A stretch of DNA of 64,000 bases from Octopus vulgaris (taxonomy: Eukaryota): NCBI GenBank assembly GCA_951406725.2, contig OX597835.1:35154001-35218000 (forward strand), given 5' to 3'. Below, in pieces: positions 12,625-27,600 of the stretch. The notes under the pieces were generated by a model that had not been told where the DNA came from, searched no databases, and worked only from the letters and a program-made list of their open reading frames with translations. The stretch's first letter is position 1. Every line of letters starts with the position of its first letter. The position numbers and the translations under genes were made by a program.

Positions 12625-12891
12625 TACATATATCGTGAAATTTGATTTAGAATTGCTAAATTGAATTTTTCCCTGTAAGTTTGGAATTGTATCCCCTACT
12701 ATTATATATATATATAAAATTATATATATAAAACTACAAAATGGGATAAGAACGCAAAACATTCAAATAGACGATACAAAAAACGGACGGGTCATTCGAA
12801 GCCTCTAATCTTCAGTCAAGAACCGGATCATCCTCGCAATTTCGGCTATACATGTGTGTGTGTATGTGTGTGTATGTGTGTATGTGTGTGC

Positions 12892-12932
<41 letters not shown>

Positions 12933-13845
12933 TATATTTAAGTATACATGCACACATTTGCATCGATTTATATTACATTATTTGCATGCATGTGTATATA
13001 TGTATGTATATATGTCTGTGTGTGAGGGAGAGAATAAATTTATATGTATTCATACAACCACAGGCGCGCATGCACACACACACACACACACACACGCACA
13101 CACACGCACACACACGCACATACACGTACAAACGCACACACGTGTATGTGTCTGTATTATATATAACATTAAGATGATTAAGCTAAGCAAGAAGCTAAAG
13201 GAATGTTATTTCCATTTTAGGACAGAGAAGTTTGTCAGTGATTAATTAAAACTAATGAGAGAGAGAGGAAGACCAGCATAAACAATGATAGCAAGTTAAA
13301 TGAGTGTTTGTCGACTAATTATAATCCATTTAAGTGTATAAGTAGGATAGAATCTTCGCAGAAACTTGCAACGCAATCAAAATAACGTGTAGAAAGATAG
13401 GTTATGTGACCGCACGAAGTTGTTTTCTCAAGAAGGATGTTTTAGAGCGTTCTATTGAAATCCAACAAGCAGTTTGCCAAAGTATTATGTACTTGGTGAC
13501 ACGATGAAATTTGGTTGCTGTTGAGCACAAGGTCAAGCTTTGATAGCTAACTGATCTATAACCGAAATCAAATTCCCCTCGCATTCCTCCCCATACTTCC
13601 AGCCGTCATCGTCGTCACGTCTGCGTTTCTTAGCACTAGGTCAGTATACATACATGTATGACTCATTTAAAAATAAAGAACAAAACTCTTTTACTTGCTT
13701 CAGTCATTTTGAGCGAGGCCATGATGGAGCACCACCTTTCAGTCGAAGAAATCGACTTATTCTTTGTAATCCTGGTATTTACTCTATCGGGGACGTAAAC
13801 ACAAGCAATGGGAACAAACAGACACAAACACACAAATACATACAT

Positions 13846-14256
<411 letters not shown>

Positions 14257-14418
14257 TATACTTATAATTTTAAAATAAACATACAAATTTCCGCACGAAG
14301 ACACGTAGTCTATGCCCTAGGGACGTAGCTTCAACCGTGTTCTTTCTGATGTGAATTTGCTACCCAGGTATCGGTTATCTTTCGAATTATCCTTAATAAG
14401 ATAATTCATTCAACTACT

Positions 14419-14465
<47 letters not shown>

Positions 14466-14553
14466 CCGTCATATAAAGATGTTTTTGTTAAATATTGTTA
14501 TTGTTTTTGTTGAACAAAATGCGCAATAATTATGCACGAACCCAATATATATA

Positions 14554-14611
<58 letters not shown>

Positions 14612-14613
14612 TG

Positions 14614-14664
<51 letters not shown>

Positions 14665-14782
14665 GCCTACTGGTTCATCACTACCACCACCACTACTACC
14701 ACAGCCACCATCGCCACCACCGCCACCACTGCTACCACAACCAACACCACAGTCACAACGACCACCACTACCACCACCACCA

Positions 14783-14813
<31 letters not shown>

Positions 14814-15039
14814 CGACGGGTTCCTTTCAGTTTACGTCTACAAAGCTTTGGTCGGCCCGAGGCTATAGTAGAAGACACTTGCCCAAGGTGCCAATAAGTG
14901 GGACTGAACCTGGAACCATGTGGTTGGGAAGCGAGCTTCTTGTTACACAGCCACTCCTGCGCCTTATATGTATATTCTTTTACTTGCTTCAGTCATTTCA
15001 CTGCGGCCATGCTGGTGCACCACACTAAAATGCTTTAAT

Positions 15040-16782
15040 CGAAGAACTCGACCCCAGGACTTATTCTTTGTAAGCCTACCACTTATTAATATCAGGATCT
15101 TTTGCTTTTAAGGGTTTTTAGTCGAGCAACTCGACTCCAGGACTTATTCTTTGTAAGCCTAGCACTTATTCTATCAGGATATTTTGCTTTTAAGGGTTTT
15201 TAGTCGAACAACTCGACTCCAGGACTTATTCTTTGTAAGCCTAGCACTTATTCTATCAGGATATTTTGCTTTGAAGGGTTTTTAGTCAAACAAATCGACC
15301 CCAGGACTTATTCTTTGTAAGCCTAGCACTTATTCTATCAGGATATTTTGCTTTTAAGGGTTTTTAGTCGAACAACTCGACTCCAGGACTTATTCTTTGT
15401 AAGCCTAGCACTTATTCTATCAGGATATTTTGCTTTGAAGGGTTTTTAGTCGAACAACTCGACTCCAGGACTTATTCTTTGTAAGCCTAGCACTTATTCT
15501 ATCAGGATATTTTGCTTTTAAGGGTTTTTAGTCGAACAACTCGACTCCAGGACTTATTCTTTGTAAGCCTAGCACTTATTCTATCAGGATATTTTGCTTT
15601 GAAGGGTTTTTAGTCAAACAAATCGACCCCAGGACTTATTCTTTGTAAGCCTAGCACTTATTCTATCAGGATATTTTGCTTTGAAGGGTTTTTAGTCAAA
15701 CAAATCGACCCCAGGACTTATTCTTTGTAAGCCTAGCACTTATTCTATCAGGATATTTTGCTTTTAAGGGTTTTTAGTCAAACAAATCGACCCCAGGACT
15801 TATTCTTTGTAAGCCTAGCACTTATTCTATCAGGATATTTTGCTTTGAAGGGTTTTTAGTCAAACAAATCGACCCCAGGACTTATTCTTTGTAAGCCTAG
15901 CACTTATTCTATCAGGATATTTTGCTTTGAAGGGTTTTTAGTCAAACAAATCGACCCCAGGACTTATTCTTTGTAAGCCTAGCACTTATTCTATCAGGAT
16001 ATTTTGCTTTGAAGGGTTTTTAGTCAAACAAATCGACCCCAGGACTTATTCTTTGTAAGCCTAGCACTTATTCTATCAGGATATTTTGCTTTTAAGGGTT
16101 TTTAGTCGAACAAATCGACCCCAGGACTTATTCTTTGTAAGCCTAGCACTTATTCTATCAGGATATTTTGCTTTGAAGGGTTTTGAGTCGAACAAATCGA
16201 CCCCAGGACTTATTCTTTGTAAGCCTAGCACTTATTCTATCAGGATATTTTGCTTTGAAGGGTTTTTAGTCAAACAAATCGACCCCAGGACTTATTCTTT
16301 GTAAGCCTAGCACTTATTCTATCAGGATATTTTGCTTTGAAGGGTTTTTAGTCAAACAAATCGACCCCAGGACTTATTCTTTGTAAGCCTAGCACTTATT
16401 CTATCAGGATATTTTGCTTTGAAGGGTTTTTAGTCAAACAAATCGACCCCAGGACTTATTCTTTGTAAGCCTAGCACTTATTCTATCAGGATATTTTGCT
16501 TTGAAGGGTTTTTAGTCGAACAAATCGACCCCAGGACTTATTCTTTGTAAGCCTAGCACTTATTTTATCAGGATCTTTTGCTTTGAAGGGTTTTGAGTCG
16601 AACAAATCGACCCCAGGACTTATTCTTTGTAAGCCTAGCACTTATTCTATCGGGATCTTTTGCTTTTAAGGGTTTTTAGTCGAACAAATCGACCCCAGGA
16701 CTTATTCTTTGTAAGCCTAGCACTTATTCTATCGGGATCTTTTGCTTTTAAGGGTTTTTAGTCGAACAAACCGATCCCAGGA
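15040..16782. repeat. Tandem array of an 82-bp unit (~21 copies) derived from the SINE family A body
   Basis: Unit cttattctttgtaagcctagcacttattctatcaggatattttgctttgaagggtttttagtcaaacaaatcgaccccagga; period 82 (15881 to 15963). Confidence 0.95.
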
Positions 16783-16934
16783 CGTATGTTTTTTAAAGCT
16801 TGGTACTTACTGTGTCTGTCTCTTATGCTGAACCGTTAAGTTACGAGGACGTAAACACACCAACACCAGTTGTCAAGCGGTGGGGTGGGGGGACAAACAC
16901 AGTGAATATGGTCATGGACGAGAGATGGTCGTGG

Positions 16935-16975
<41 letters not shown>

Positions 16976-17149
16976 GAGAAAGAGATAGATAGAGAGAGAG
17001 GTTGACGGTGCACAAGTCTTCGCGTAAGTCATCAGCCATTCTGTTAAGGATGACTAATTAGCCGTCGTCGTTCCAACGAGGGTAAATTACACCTCTTAAT
17101 TAAAGGAATACAAACCTCGCCTGAAGTGACCGGTGCCTTCTGGTCCATC

Positions 17150-17660
17150 AGCACCACCACCACCACCACCACCACCGCTACTACCACCGCCACCACAGCC
17201 ACTACTACCAACTCCACCAACACCACCACTAACATCAGCACCACCACCACAGCCACAACCACAACAAACACCACAGTCACAACGACCACCACCACCACTT
17301 GCACTACTGCCGCCACTATCATCACGATCAGCATTACCACCACTACCACCACCACCACCACCACTACAACCACCATCATAATCACAATCATCATCGCTAC
17401 CGCTACCACCATCATCACCACCACCACTACCAGCACTACCACCAGCACCACTACCACCACCATCACCACCACCATCACCACCACTACCATCATCACCACC
17501 ACCACCACCACCAGCAGCAGCACCACCACCACCATTATCATTAGCATCGTCACCAATAGCAACAAGGGCAAAAACAACAGCAACAGCAACACCAACACCA
17601 CCACTGCCAACAGGTGCAACAGTAGTAGCAGTAGTAACAGCAGCAGCAGTAGCAGCAGCT
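17150..17660. repeat. (ACC)n/(ATC)n/(AGC)n low-complexity tract
   Basis: Directly visible. Confidence 0.9.
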
Positions 17661-18003
17661 TCATCTTATCAATTAACATCATGATGCTAATAGTGATCAA
17701 AAAGTGAAACCCGCTTAGACCTAATGTGATGGTTTAATCTCATTCTTAGTTAGAAATACACAGATTACTGCTTGGATCGCATTACTTTGTATGATATAAA
17801 AACACCTTAGCTTTTTACAAGTAGTATTGTTCTTGACATATATAGCATTACACACACACACACACACGCACACACACACGCACACACACACACGCACACA
17901 CACACACGCACATATATATTTATACATATAGATATTTACATATATATGTAAAAATATATAACAAAAGAAAGAAAATGCTCACAGTTTTCATAGTTTTTAT
18001 ATA

Positions 18004-18040
<37 letters not shown>

Positions 18041-18143
18041 GTATGTATGTATTACGGAGATGTACTTGCATAGCAAGTGGCTTGATCTCAGTTGCAGCGT
18101 GGAAGCCATTAAAAAAAAGGAAAAAGAACACCCCCCCCTACAC

Positions 18144-18340
18144 AAATACCGTTTGATTCACTTCAAAATTTAAATTTAATTTGTGTAAAAATATTTTCGT
18201 AGCTTTGGAACCGCGACCTGTTCTCTGACAAAATTTCTTGCTGCAATAAGTTTTGTCAGTGAACAGGTCGCGATTTCAAAGCGACGAAAATATCATGACA
18301 CAAATTAAATTTATATGTTGAAGTGAATCTAACGGTATTT
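18144..18340. repeat. Imperfect ~95-bp-arm inverted repeat with a variant hammerhead-like motif at 18254-18300
   Basis: tgtca-GTGAACA-g-gtcgc...gcgac-GAAA-atat-ca-tgaca; the arms are reverse complementary. Confidence 0.7.
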
Positions 18341-18671
18341 TTGTGTTTTGAAAATGACATATAAAATCCTTCCACACTGCAATTGTATATATAATATAAT
18401 ATAATATAATATAATATAATATAATATAATATAATATAAGATAAGATAATATAATACAATATAATATTATATATATATATAATAAAATATTAGGGAATAA
18501 ATCCAAACTTACAGGGAAAACGATAGTAGTGTTTTACTCATTATCTTTTATTAAATTTTTAATAATTTTGATATATATTTAAAATAATATAAATTAATTA
18601 ATTTTATGTATTGGCTTAAGTTTTTCATTGTTTGATTTGCCTAATAGTGGTTTTATCTCTAATTTAATATA

Positions 18672-18743
<72 letters not shown>

Positions 18744-18747
<4 letters not shown>

Positions 18748-18913
18748 ACAATTAGTTGGTTGTCATAATAAAACTCAGAGTTTCGGACGCCGGGCTGAAG
18801 TCTGCTCCGGCATCTCATCAGTTTGTCTTAATAACTGGTGAGATGCCGGAGCAGACTTCAGCCCCGGCGTCCGAAACTCTGAGTTTTATTATGACAACCA
18901 ACTAATTGTCACA
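18744..18913. repeat. ~80-bp-arm inverted repeat with a hammerhead motif in each arm
   Basis: Plus arm 18829-18891 reads taataa-CTGGTGA-gatgccgg..ccggcgtc-c-GAAA-ctctgag-TT-ttatta; the minus arm has CTGATGA. Confidence 0.85.
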
Positions 18914-18980
18914 CATTATATTTATAGATAAATTCTTCTATTTACATAATATCGAGGTCTCATTCATTCTTTTGTTGTAA

Positions 18981-19056
<76 letters not shown>

Positions 19057-20082
19057 ATTATTAATATATATATACACGTACACATACATATATACACGTA
19101 TACATATATATATTCGATCGAATCCCTTACGAGTTCACGCGGTTTCTCCAAACGATAATGTAAACTTCATATAATCAGAGTCTCCTTGGCGGGAAGGGTC
19201 ACTTGCAATCTTCCCCTTATTTGGATAATTTACTACTTCTGAGGGTCCGCTGGCTATGAAACATACGTAGCCTGGACTTTATCAATTCCATTTCCTAATT
19301 TTCGATATATATATATATAGTGCATGTATATATGTGTATATATATATGTACATATTACATGTACATTTATATATATATATATATATACATCTGCACATAA
19401 AATACAAAATACAAAGTTATATATTGATATCGCTAGTGATAACAATACTCAAAATATATAACAGACTGGAATTGTTAGCCCGTCTCTCGTAATTTCGATC
19501 AATTGTATCTTGTCTTCCCTCTTGTATAGAAGTGTGGCTACAGTCCAGCCTACCTCTACTCCCGGGGGTGGGGGTATTTAAATTTTTTTTCCGGGACGTC
19601 CTACGTCCCAGATATAGAGGTAAAAATGAAATATTTCCACTTTGCAAGTTCGAGTCGAGTACTCCCTTGCACGCTCCGTTGACTCGAACCTTGCTTCTAT
19701 TGTGGCGAATTTACCGCCTCTGATTAGATATCTTTCATAGTCGCACCAAGACACTTTTCGAAGGTGCTTTCATCCATGTGTTCAAATCTTCTTTTTCTCT
19801 CTACATTGTATACTTTATAGACAATAGTCTTTTCTTTAATTTAAATTTTTATTATCCATCTGGACTATTCCATTTCTGCACGCTAATTTTATTTTTAATT
19901 TATTCCCATTCATGTGAAACCACTTATTCAAGTTCAAGTCATTGATGCAATTTTATACCAATTGCTATTTTTACTTTTGTTATGTTACGATTATATTATA
20001 CTTTAGATTGATTTTAATTATTACTTACTACATATAATTCAATTGTTATTATTATTTTTATTGTTAAAGTGAAAGCATCTGT

Positions 20083-20490
20083 GGGTAGTAAAGAAGTAGG
20101 TATTTCGTCTGTCACTACGTTCTGAGTTCAAATTCCGCCGAGGTCGACTTTGCCTTTCATCCTTTCGGCGTCGATTGAATAAGTACCAGTTACGCACTGG
20201 GGTCGATATAATCGACTTAATCCGTTTGTCTGTCCTTGTTTGTCCTCTGTGTTTAGCCCCTTGTGGGTTGTAAATAAATAGGTATTTCGATTGTCTTAAC
20301 TTTCTGGGACAGACAAACGGATTAAGCCGATTACATCGACCCCAATGAGTAACTGGTACTTAATTTATTGACCCCGAAAGGATGAAAGCAAAGTCGACCT
20401 CGGCGGAATTTGATCTCAGAACGTAACGGCAGACGAAATACGGCTACGCATTTCGCCCGGCGTTCTAACGTTTCTGCCAGCTCGTTGCTT
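20083..20490. mobile_element. Two SINE family B copies, tail to tail
   Basis: Plus copy at 20083-20290 and minus copy at 20305-20490. Confidence 0.8.
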
Positions 20491-20839
20491 TAATGATCGA
20501 AAAATAATAAGATACCTATGAAATAATTAGAAGTATCATATCCAAGCATACACACACGCATGCACATACACACACACGCATGTACATTTTCATATTTTTC
20601 TTCCTTTTCGTCCTTCAATTCGTCCTGGGCTTCTGTCGGTCTCATGGAAATACTATTTACCATTCTGCTCATTCCTTACAGATATCTGGAACTGATTCAG
20701 AGAAAGTGTTCATAATCCCTGCTTCCTTCATGTCTATCCATCAAACTCATACAGTTCTATATTTAAGAGATGAGGAATTATGTACTTTATTTACATTATT
20801 TACATTTGATGGATATTTGTCCTCATCTTGTTTGTTGTT

Positions 20840-20885
20840 AACACAACGTTTCGGCTGCTGTACCCTCCAGCCTTCATCAGGTGTC
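20840..20885 (-). ncRNA. Minimal type I hammerhead (same family as 6739)
   Basis: Minus strand reads gacac-CTGATGA-a-ggctg-gagggtacag-cagcc-GAAA-cg-TT-gtgtt. Confidence 0.8.
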
Positions 20886-20954
20886 TTGGAGAAATTTCGA
20901 ACCTGGGTTCTCATTCCTAAGCTATTTTTTGATAATAATAATAATAATAATAAT

Positions 20955-21019
<65 letters not shown>

Positions 21020-21270
21020 TAATAATAATAATAATAATAATAAAAAGAAGTAGTAGTAGTAGAATAATAATAATAATAATGATAATAATAAGAAGTAGTA
21101 GTAGTAGAAGGAGGAGGAGAAGAAGAAGAAGAAGATGAAGAAGAAGAAGAAGAAGAAGAATGATAATAACATCGAAGAATACCTTAGGAATGAGAACCCA
21201 GATTTGAAATTTCCCCAAGACACCTTCTTCTCTCCTCCTCCTCCTTCTTCTTCTCCTCCTCCTCCTCCTT

Positions 21271-21410
<140 letters not shown>

Positions 21411-21456
21411 CAAAAAATAGCTTAGGAATGAGAACCCAGGTTCGAAATTTCTCCAA

Positions 21457-21502
21457 GACACCTGATGAAGGCTGGAGGGTATAACAGCCGATACGTTGGG
21501 TT
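21457..21502 (+). ncRNA. Mutated hammerhead copy (GATA in place of GAAA)
   Basis: gacac-CTGATGA-aggctg..cagcc-GATA-cg-TT-gggtt; inverted relative to 20840. Confidence 0.65.
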
Positions 21503-21834
21503 AACAACAAACAAGATGAGGACGAATATCCGTCAAATGTAAATAATGCATCAAATGCATGCGCGCTCATCCTTTCCCTCGTAAACTTTCGAGTTTCCTA
21601 AAAGAATACTCTTTGCCACGCCATCTGAGACCAAAGAATTTTAATGTCTCTTTGACAATCGATCTAGGCATTCTTGAAAGCATTCTTTGATTTCATTAAC
21701 CGCAATGTCGATCTGTTTGTCTTTGATTCCGTCCATGAACGCATGAACAAACTGCGTGTATGTGTGCGAGAGTGTATGTGTGTGAGAGTGTGCGTGTGTG
21801 TGTATAGATATATGTGTATGTGATATAGATAGAT

Positions 21835-21897
<63 letters not shown>

Positions 21898-21958
21898 GAT
21901 ATATATATATATATATATATGCATATATGCATATACATACATATGAATGCATATATAT

Positions 21959-22020
<62 letters not shown>

Positions 22021-22032
22021 ATATATATGTAT

Positions 22033-22106
<74 letters not shown>

Positions 22107-22109
<3 letters not shown>

Positions 22110-22141
22110 TCCGACGAAGTGCTACGCTCGAAACGTTAAGC
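22107..22141 (+). ncRNA. Minimal hammerhead-like motif with CCGACGA core
   Basis: gttt-CCGACGA-agtgctacgctc-GAAA-cg-TT-aagc; the downstream sequence recurs inverted at 22851-22940. Confidence 0.55.
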
Positions 22142-22801
22142 CCTCCTTCTTCCCTTCTTTCCTGCGCGTTCAATAATACTTTATTTGTTCCACGTCCTCG
22201 CGTTGCTGTGTTTTTTTTGTGTTTTCTTGTTTGGATTAACTTTAACTACATATATATATATATATATATATACGCACACATATACACACATGCGTATGTA
22301 TGTTTCTGCCACTCTACTAATTTATATATTTAGCTATCAATCTATCAATCAATGTGTCTCAGTTACCTCTCTGTTTATCTCTCTATCTCTTTTCTTCTTC
22401 TTAATGCTCACCCTATAAATGCATCAGTTTATCTATCTCTCTACAGGTAGATCAGACTACTTCTTTCGTTTTTCTCTGTCAGATTGTATCTATACATCTC
22501 TGTCGGTTTGTCTGTCCGTCGATCACTTTCCAGTTCTCCCTCTCTCCCCCTCTCTATTCACCCCCCTCGCTCTCTCTCCCCATCTTACTTTGTTCCTTAA
22601 TGAATTTAATATTTATGAAATATATTTATACATACATATATAGCTATCCACATACTATGTATGTGTGTATATAAATATATATATATATACATATATATAT
22701 ATATGTATATATATGTCTTTATTTATATATGTATATATATATATATATACATTTATATGATATATATATATGCATATATATATATACATTTATATAATAT
22801 A

Positions 22802-22840
<39 letters not shown>

Positions 22841-22966
22841 ACATATATATAAAGTTAATCCAAACAAGAAAACAAAAAACAACACAAGGATGTGGAACAA
22901 ATAAAGTATTATTGGACGCTCAGGAAAGAAGGGAAGATGATGTATATATATACTTATATAAACATG

Positions 22967-23058
<92 letters not shown>

Positions 23059-23357
23059 CAACTACATATGTATATTTATATAGTGATTAATGTAAAGGTA
23101 AAGAGATTACCTATTGCACCAATTTTTTCATAATTCTAAACAAGAAAGTCTTGACAATATGAATGTATGCATACACACACACACGCACACACACACATAT
23201 ATGCATATGCATACATTCATACATACATACATAAATACATTCATACATACATACATACGTACATAATACATATATATATATACACACACACATATATATA
23301 TACATAATACATACGTATATGTATATATATATCACCGACCTTTTATCTACATACATA

Positions 23358-23449
<92 letters not shown>

Positions 23450-23705
23450 GATAAAAGGTCGGTGATGTTTTTCCAGCGCAGCATTAGTGACCCAGACACG
23501 TAAATTTACCCCTGAACAAGACACCTGCCCTTCAAGGGATTATTAAAATCTTTTGGTAGGGGTAAAGCCAAAGCTTCTTAGCTGTTTTTTTTTTCGGCCA
23601 CCTCGGCAGAGCGATGAAGGGCAAACTAGATCTCAGCTAAATTTGAACTGAGAACGGAAAATGAAGCTAAACGGTCTTGTTTGATGCGTCACCGATTCTA
23701 CCCTT

Positions 23706-23779
<74 letters not shown>

Positions 23780-23984
23780 TATAACTGTACTTGTGTGTGT
23801 TGTGTATATATATATATATATTTATGTATGTGTATATATATATGTATGTATATATATTTATAATATATATGTATGTATTTAATATATATATGTATATATA
23901 TATATGTATGTATGTATATATACGTATATATCTATATATCTATCTATCTCTATATATATATGTATATATATCTATATATATGTA

Positions 23985-24155
23985 GGCGCAGGAGTGGCTG
24001 TGTGGTAAGTAGCTTGCTAACCAGCCACATGGTTCCAGGTTCAGTCCCACTGCGTGGCACCTTGGGCAAGCGTCTTCTGCTATAGCCCCGGGCCGACCAA
24101 TGCCTTGTGAGTGGATTTGGTAGACGGAAACTGAAAGAAACCTGTCGTATATATG

Positions 24156-24188
<33 letters not shown>

Positions 24189-24388
24189 CTGTGTTTGTCC
24201 CCCTAGCATTGCTTGACAACCGATGCTGGTGTGTTTACGTCCCCGTCACTTAGCGGTTCGGCAGAAGAGACCGATAGAATAAGTACTAGGCTTACAAAGA
24301 ATAAGTCCCGGGGTCGATTTGCTCGACTAAAGGCGGTGCTCCAGCATGGCCGCAGTCAAATGACTGAAACAAGTAAAAGTAAAAGAGT
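23985..24388 (+). mobile_element. Full-length SINE family A
   Basis: ggcgcaggagtggctgtgtggtaag...gactgaaacaagtaaaagtaaaagag. Confidence 0.9.
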
Positions 24389-24483
24389 TATATGTATATA
24401 CATACATATGCATGCATGCATATAGACATTTATACATATGTATATATGTACATTTATATGTGTATATATATACGTATGTAAGT

Positions 24484-24538
<55 letters not shown>

Positions 24539-24647
24539 TACGTACGTATGCACACATACGTACATATGTATATATGTATGGATGTATACATACTTACATG
24601 CATTGCATGCATAAATAATACATATATATATTATTGTTATATATATA

Positions 24648-24882
24648 AAAGGGTAAAGACCCCCTTCGGTCATGAGTGACCATGGGATTGCACCTAGAGA
24701 GTTACCCTCTGAGGCACAAGTCTGGGCAAGGTTTTTATATGGAAGACCAGCAGTCGCCCATGCATACCGGCCTCCCCTCTCCACGCCACCAGTGTTATCC
24801 AAGGGAAAGACAAAGGTCGATACAGCTTGGCACCTGTGACGTCGCAACTCATTTCTACAGCTGAGTGAACTGGAGCAACATA
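24648..24882 (-). mobile_element. SINE family E body (second copy at 63820-64000)
   Basis: Shares gattgcacc..gcag...cccatgc..tctcca.gccac..ccaaggg.aag.caaa.g.cgatac with the window end. Confidence 0.7.
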
Positions 24883-24957
24883 TAAATACATACATACGTA
24901 TTTATATATATGAACTTATGTATAAATACATAAATGCATACATATATATACTTGTTC

Positions 24958-25016
<59 letters not shown>

Positions 25017-25254
25017 AATATACATATATTTAACGCTTTATCAAATTTTGGCACCCGACCAGAAATTTTATAGGGAGAAATAATCGATTGCACGGACCAA
25101 AGTTCTTGACTGGTACCTTATTTTATCGATTTCGAAGGAGTGAATTGCAAAGTCGAACGTAGAGCTTGAAGAAATACCGCTGGAACGATTCTGTCACCTA
25201 TCGATTAACATCCTCTCTTTCTCCTAATTTCGGTGTATGTGTGTGTGTTTTTCT

Positions 25255-25387
<133 letters not shown>

Positions 25388-25511
25388 GCATATATATATA
25401 TTTATACATTCATACATACATACCTATACATATAAATATATATATATATATATATATACATATATACATACATACGTATGTATGTATGTATATATATATA
25501 TACATACATAC

Positions 25512-25552
<41 letters not shown>

Positions 25553-25653
25553 TGTGTGTGTGTGTGTATATATATATTTGTAAATATATATACATACATA
25601 TTCATATATGTATATACATATATATAGACATGCATATATATATATATATATAA

Positions 25654-25692
<39 letters not shown>

Positions 25693-25762
25693 TATGCATG
25701 TATGAATTTATATACATATATATATATATATGTGCGTGTGTGTATATATATGTATATATATA

Positions 25763-25812
<50 letters not shown>

Positions 25813-25979
25813 TCAAACGGCCCCAAAGTATTTAAGTATTGTCCAAGTCAAATTAGGTTACCTAGGAATAAAACTAATGTATGAATTATGATCTATCTAT
25901 CTATCTATCTATATATTTATCTATCAGTCTTTATGTGTATATATACACACCTACATACATGCATACATACACGCAAGCA

Positions 25980-26057
<78 letters not shown>

Positions 26058-26245
26058 AATATGTACTTATATAAGATCAAAGAGGGTACGGACGTCGCTA
26101 TATATATTATATGTAGAAAAATACAAACTGAGACAAGAACGTAAAAACATTTAGAAGACGATTCAAAAAACACGGACGAGACATTCGAAGCCTTCAATCT
26201 TCAGTCAAGAACCGGATATTCCTAGCAATTTCGGCTGATTAATCT

Positions 26246-26308
<63 letters not shown>

Positions 26309-26451
26309 ATGTGCGTCTGAGACCGATAGAATAAGTACTAGGCTTACAAAGAATAAGTCCTGGGGTTCATTTGTTTCACTAAAGGCGGTGCTCCAGTATG
26401 GCCTCAAATGACTGAAATACGTAAAAGAATATGTATATGTATAGTGATTTG

Positions 26452-26485
<34 letters not shown>

Positions 26486-26486
26486 T

Positions 26487-26550
<64 letters not shown>

Positions 26551-26767
26551 CACACATAAATTCATATATAATTTATCCTTGTCCTTGTAGTGCCACACCG
26601 GACCACTTGTTCCTGCTGGCCGTTTACCCAGGCAGCAGGAAATTCGTTAGTAACCTGAAAATATGGTGGATAGAAATTCAACGGTAGGGTATGGGTTTAG
26701 TCGGTAAGCTACTACTGTATACTAAAGTATTAAACATTATTAGCTCAGTTCGTTAAAGGCGATTCTT

Positions 26768-26846
<79 letters not shown>

Positions 26847-26847
26847 C

Positions 26848-26929
<82 letters not shown>

Positions 26930-26967
26930 TTGGTTAGCAAGCTACTTAGAACACAGCCATGCCTGCG

Positions 26968-27005
<38 letters not shown>

Positions 27006-27173
27006 TATATATTCTTTTGTTCTTTTGTTTTAGTTATTTGACAGGTGCCATGATGGAGCACCCCAGGACTTATTCTTCGTAAGCCTGGTTCTTATTCTAT
27101 CGGACTCTTCTGTTGAACTGCTAAGTTACGGTGACGTACACACCAACATCGGTTGCCAAGCGTTGGTTGTGGT

Positions 27174-27220
<47 letters not shown>

Positions 27221-27254
27221 ACACATATGTATGTATATACCAAACATCTCAACC

Positions 27255-27600
27255 CTCTCATCTCAAACACATGTTTGAGGGCTATGCTTGGCGTGACACG
27301 GATGGACAGGATGATGAATGTGGAGGTGCGAAGGCGAGCAGAAATGAGAGAAAAAGGAACACCAAAATGGACAGACGAATGTTGAGGTGGTTTGGCCACA
27401 CGGAGAGGATGGAGGAGAACCGGATGGTGAGGAAGGTGGTGAGGGCAGAATTGGTAGGCAGCAGAACCAGAGGTAGACCTCGGTTTGTGTAGATGGACGT
27501 AGTGAGGGAAGTTTTAGTGGTTAGAGGTGTTGGAGTGAGAGAGGCAAGAGAGTGTATAAAAGATAGGAAAGCTTAGAGAGTGTTTGTGGACGAATGAGTG
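27255..27600 (+). pseudogene. RTE-clade LINE C-terminal fragment
   Basis: CLRAMLGVTRMDRMMNVEVRRR followed, in a shifted frame, by LRWFGHTERMEENRMVRKV...RTRGRPR. Confidence 0.85.

Noticed and set aside
15040-16782. CRISPR-like regular array
   Set aside because: There are no unique spacers, the whole unit is SINE-derived, the context is eukaryotic and no cas genes are present.
17044-17707. Long Thr-rich or Val-rich ORFs (mucin-like)
   Set aside because: They arise from triplet microsatellite that is open in several frames on both strands, with no domain or splice support.
21641-21752. Possible exon [36 protein letters not shown] (minus strand)
   Set aside because: No recognisable homology and no proper polypyrimidine tract; it may be a decayed transposon fragment.
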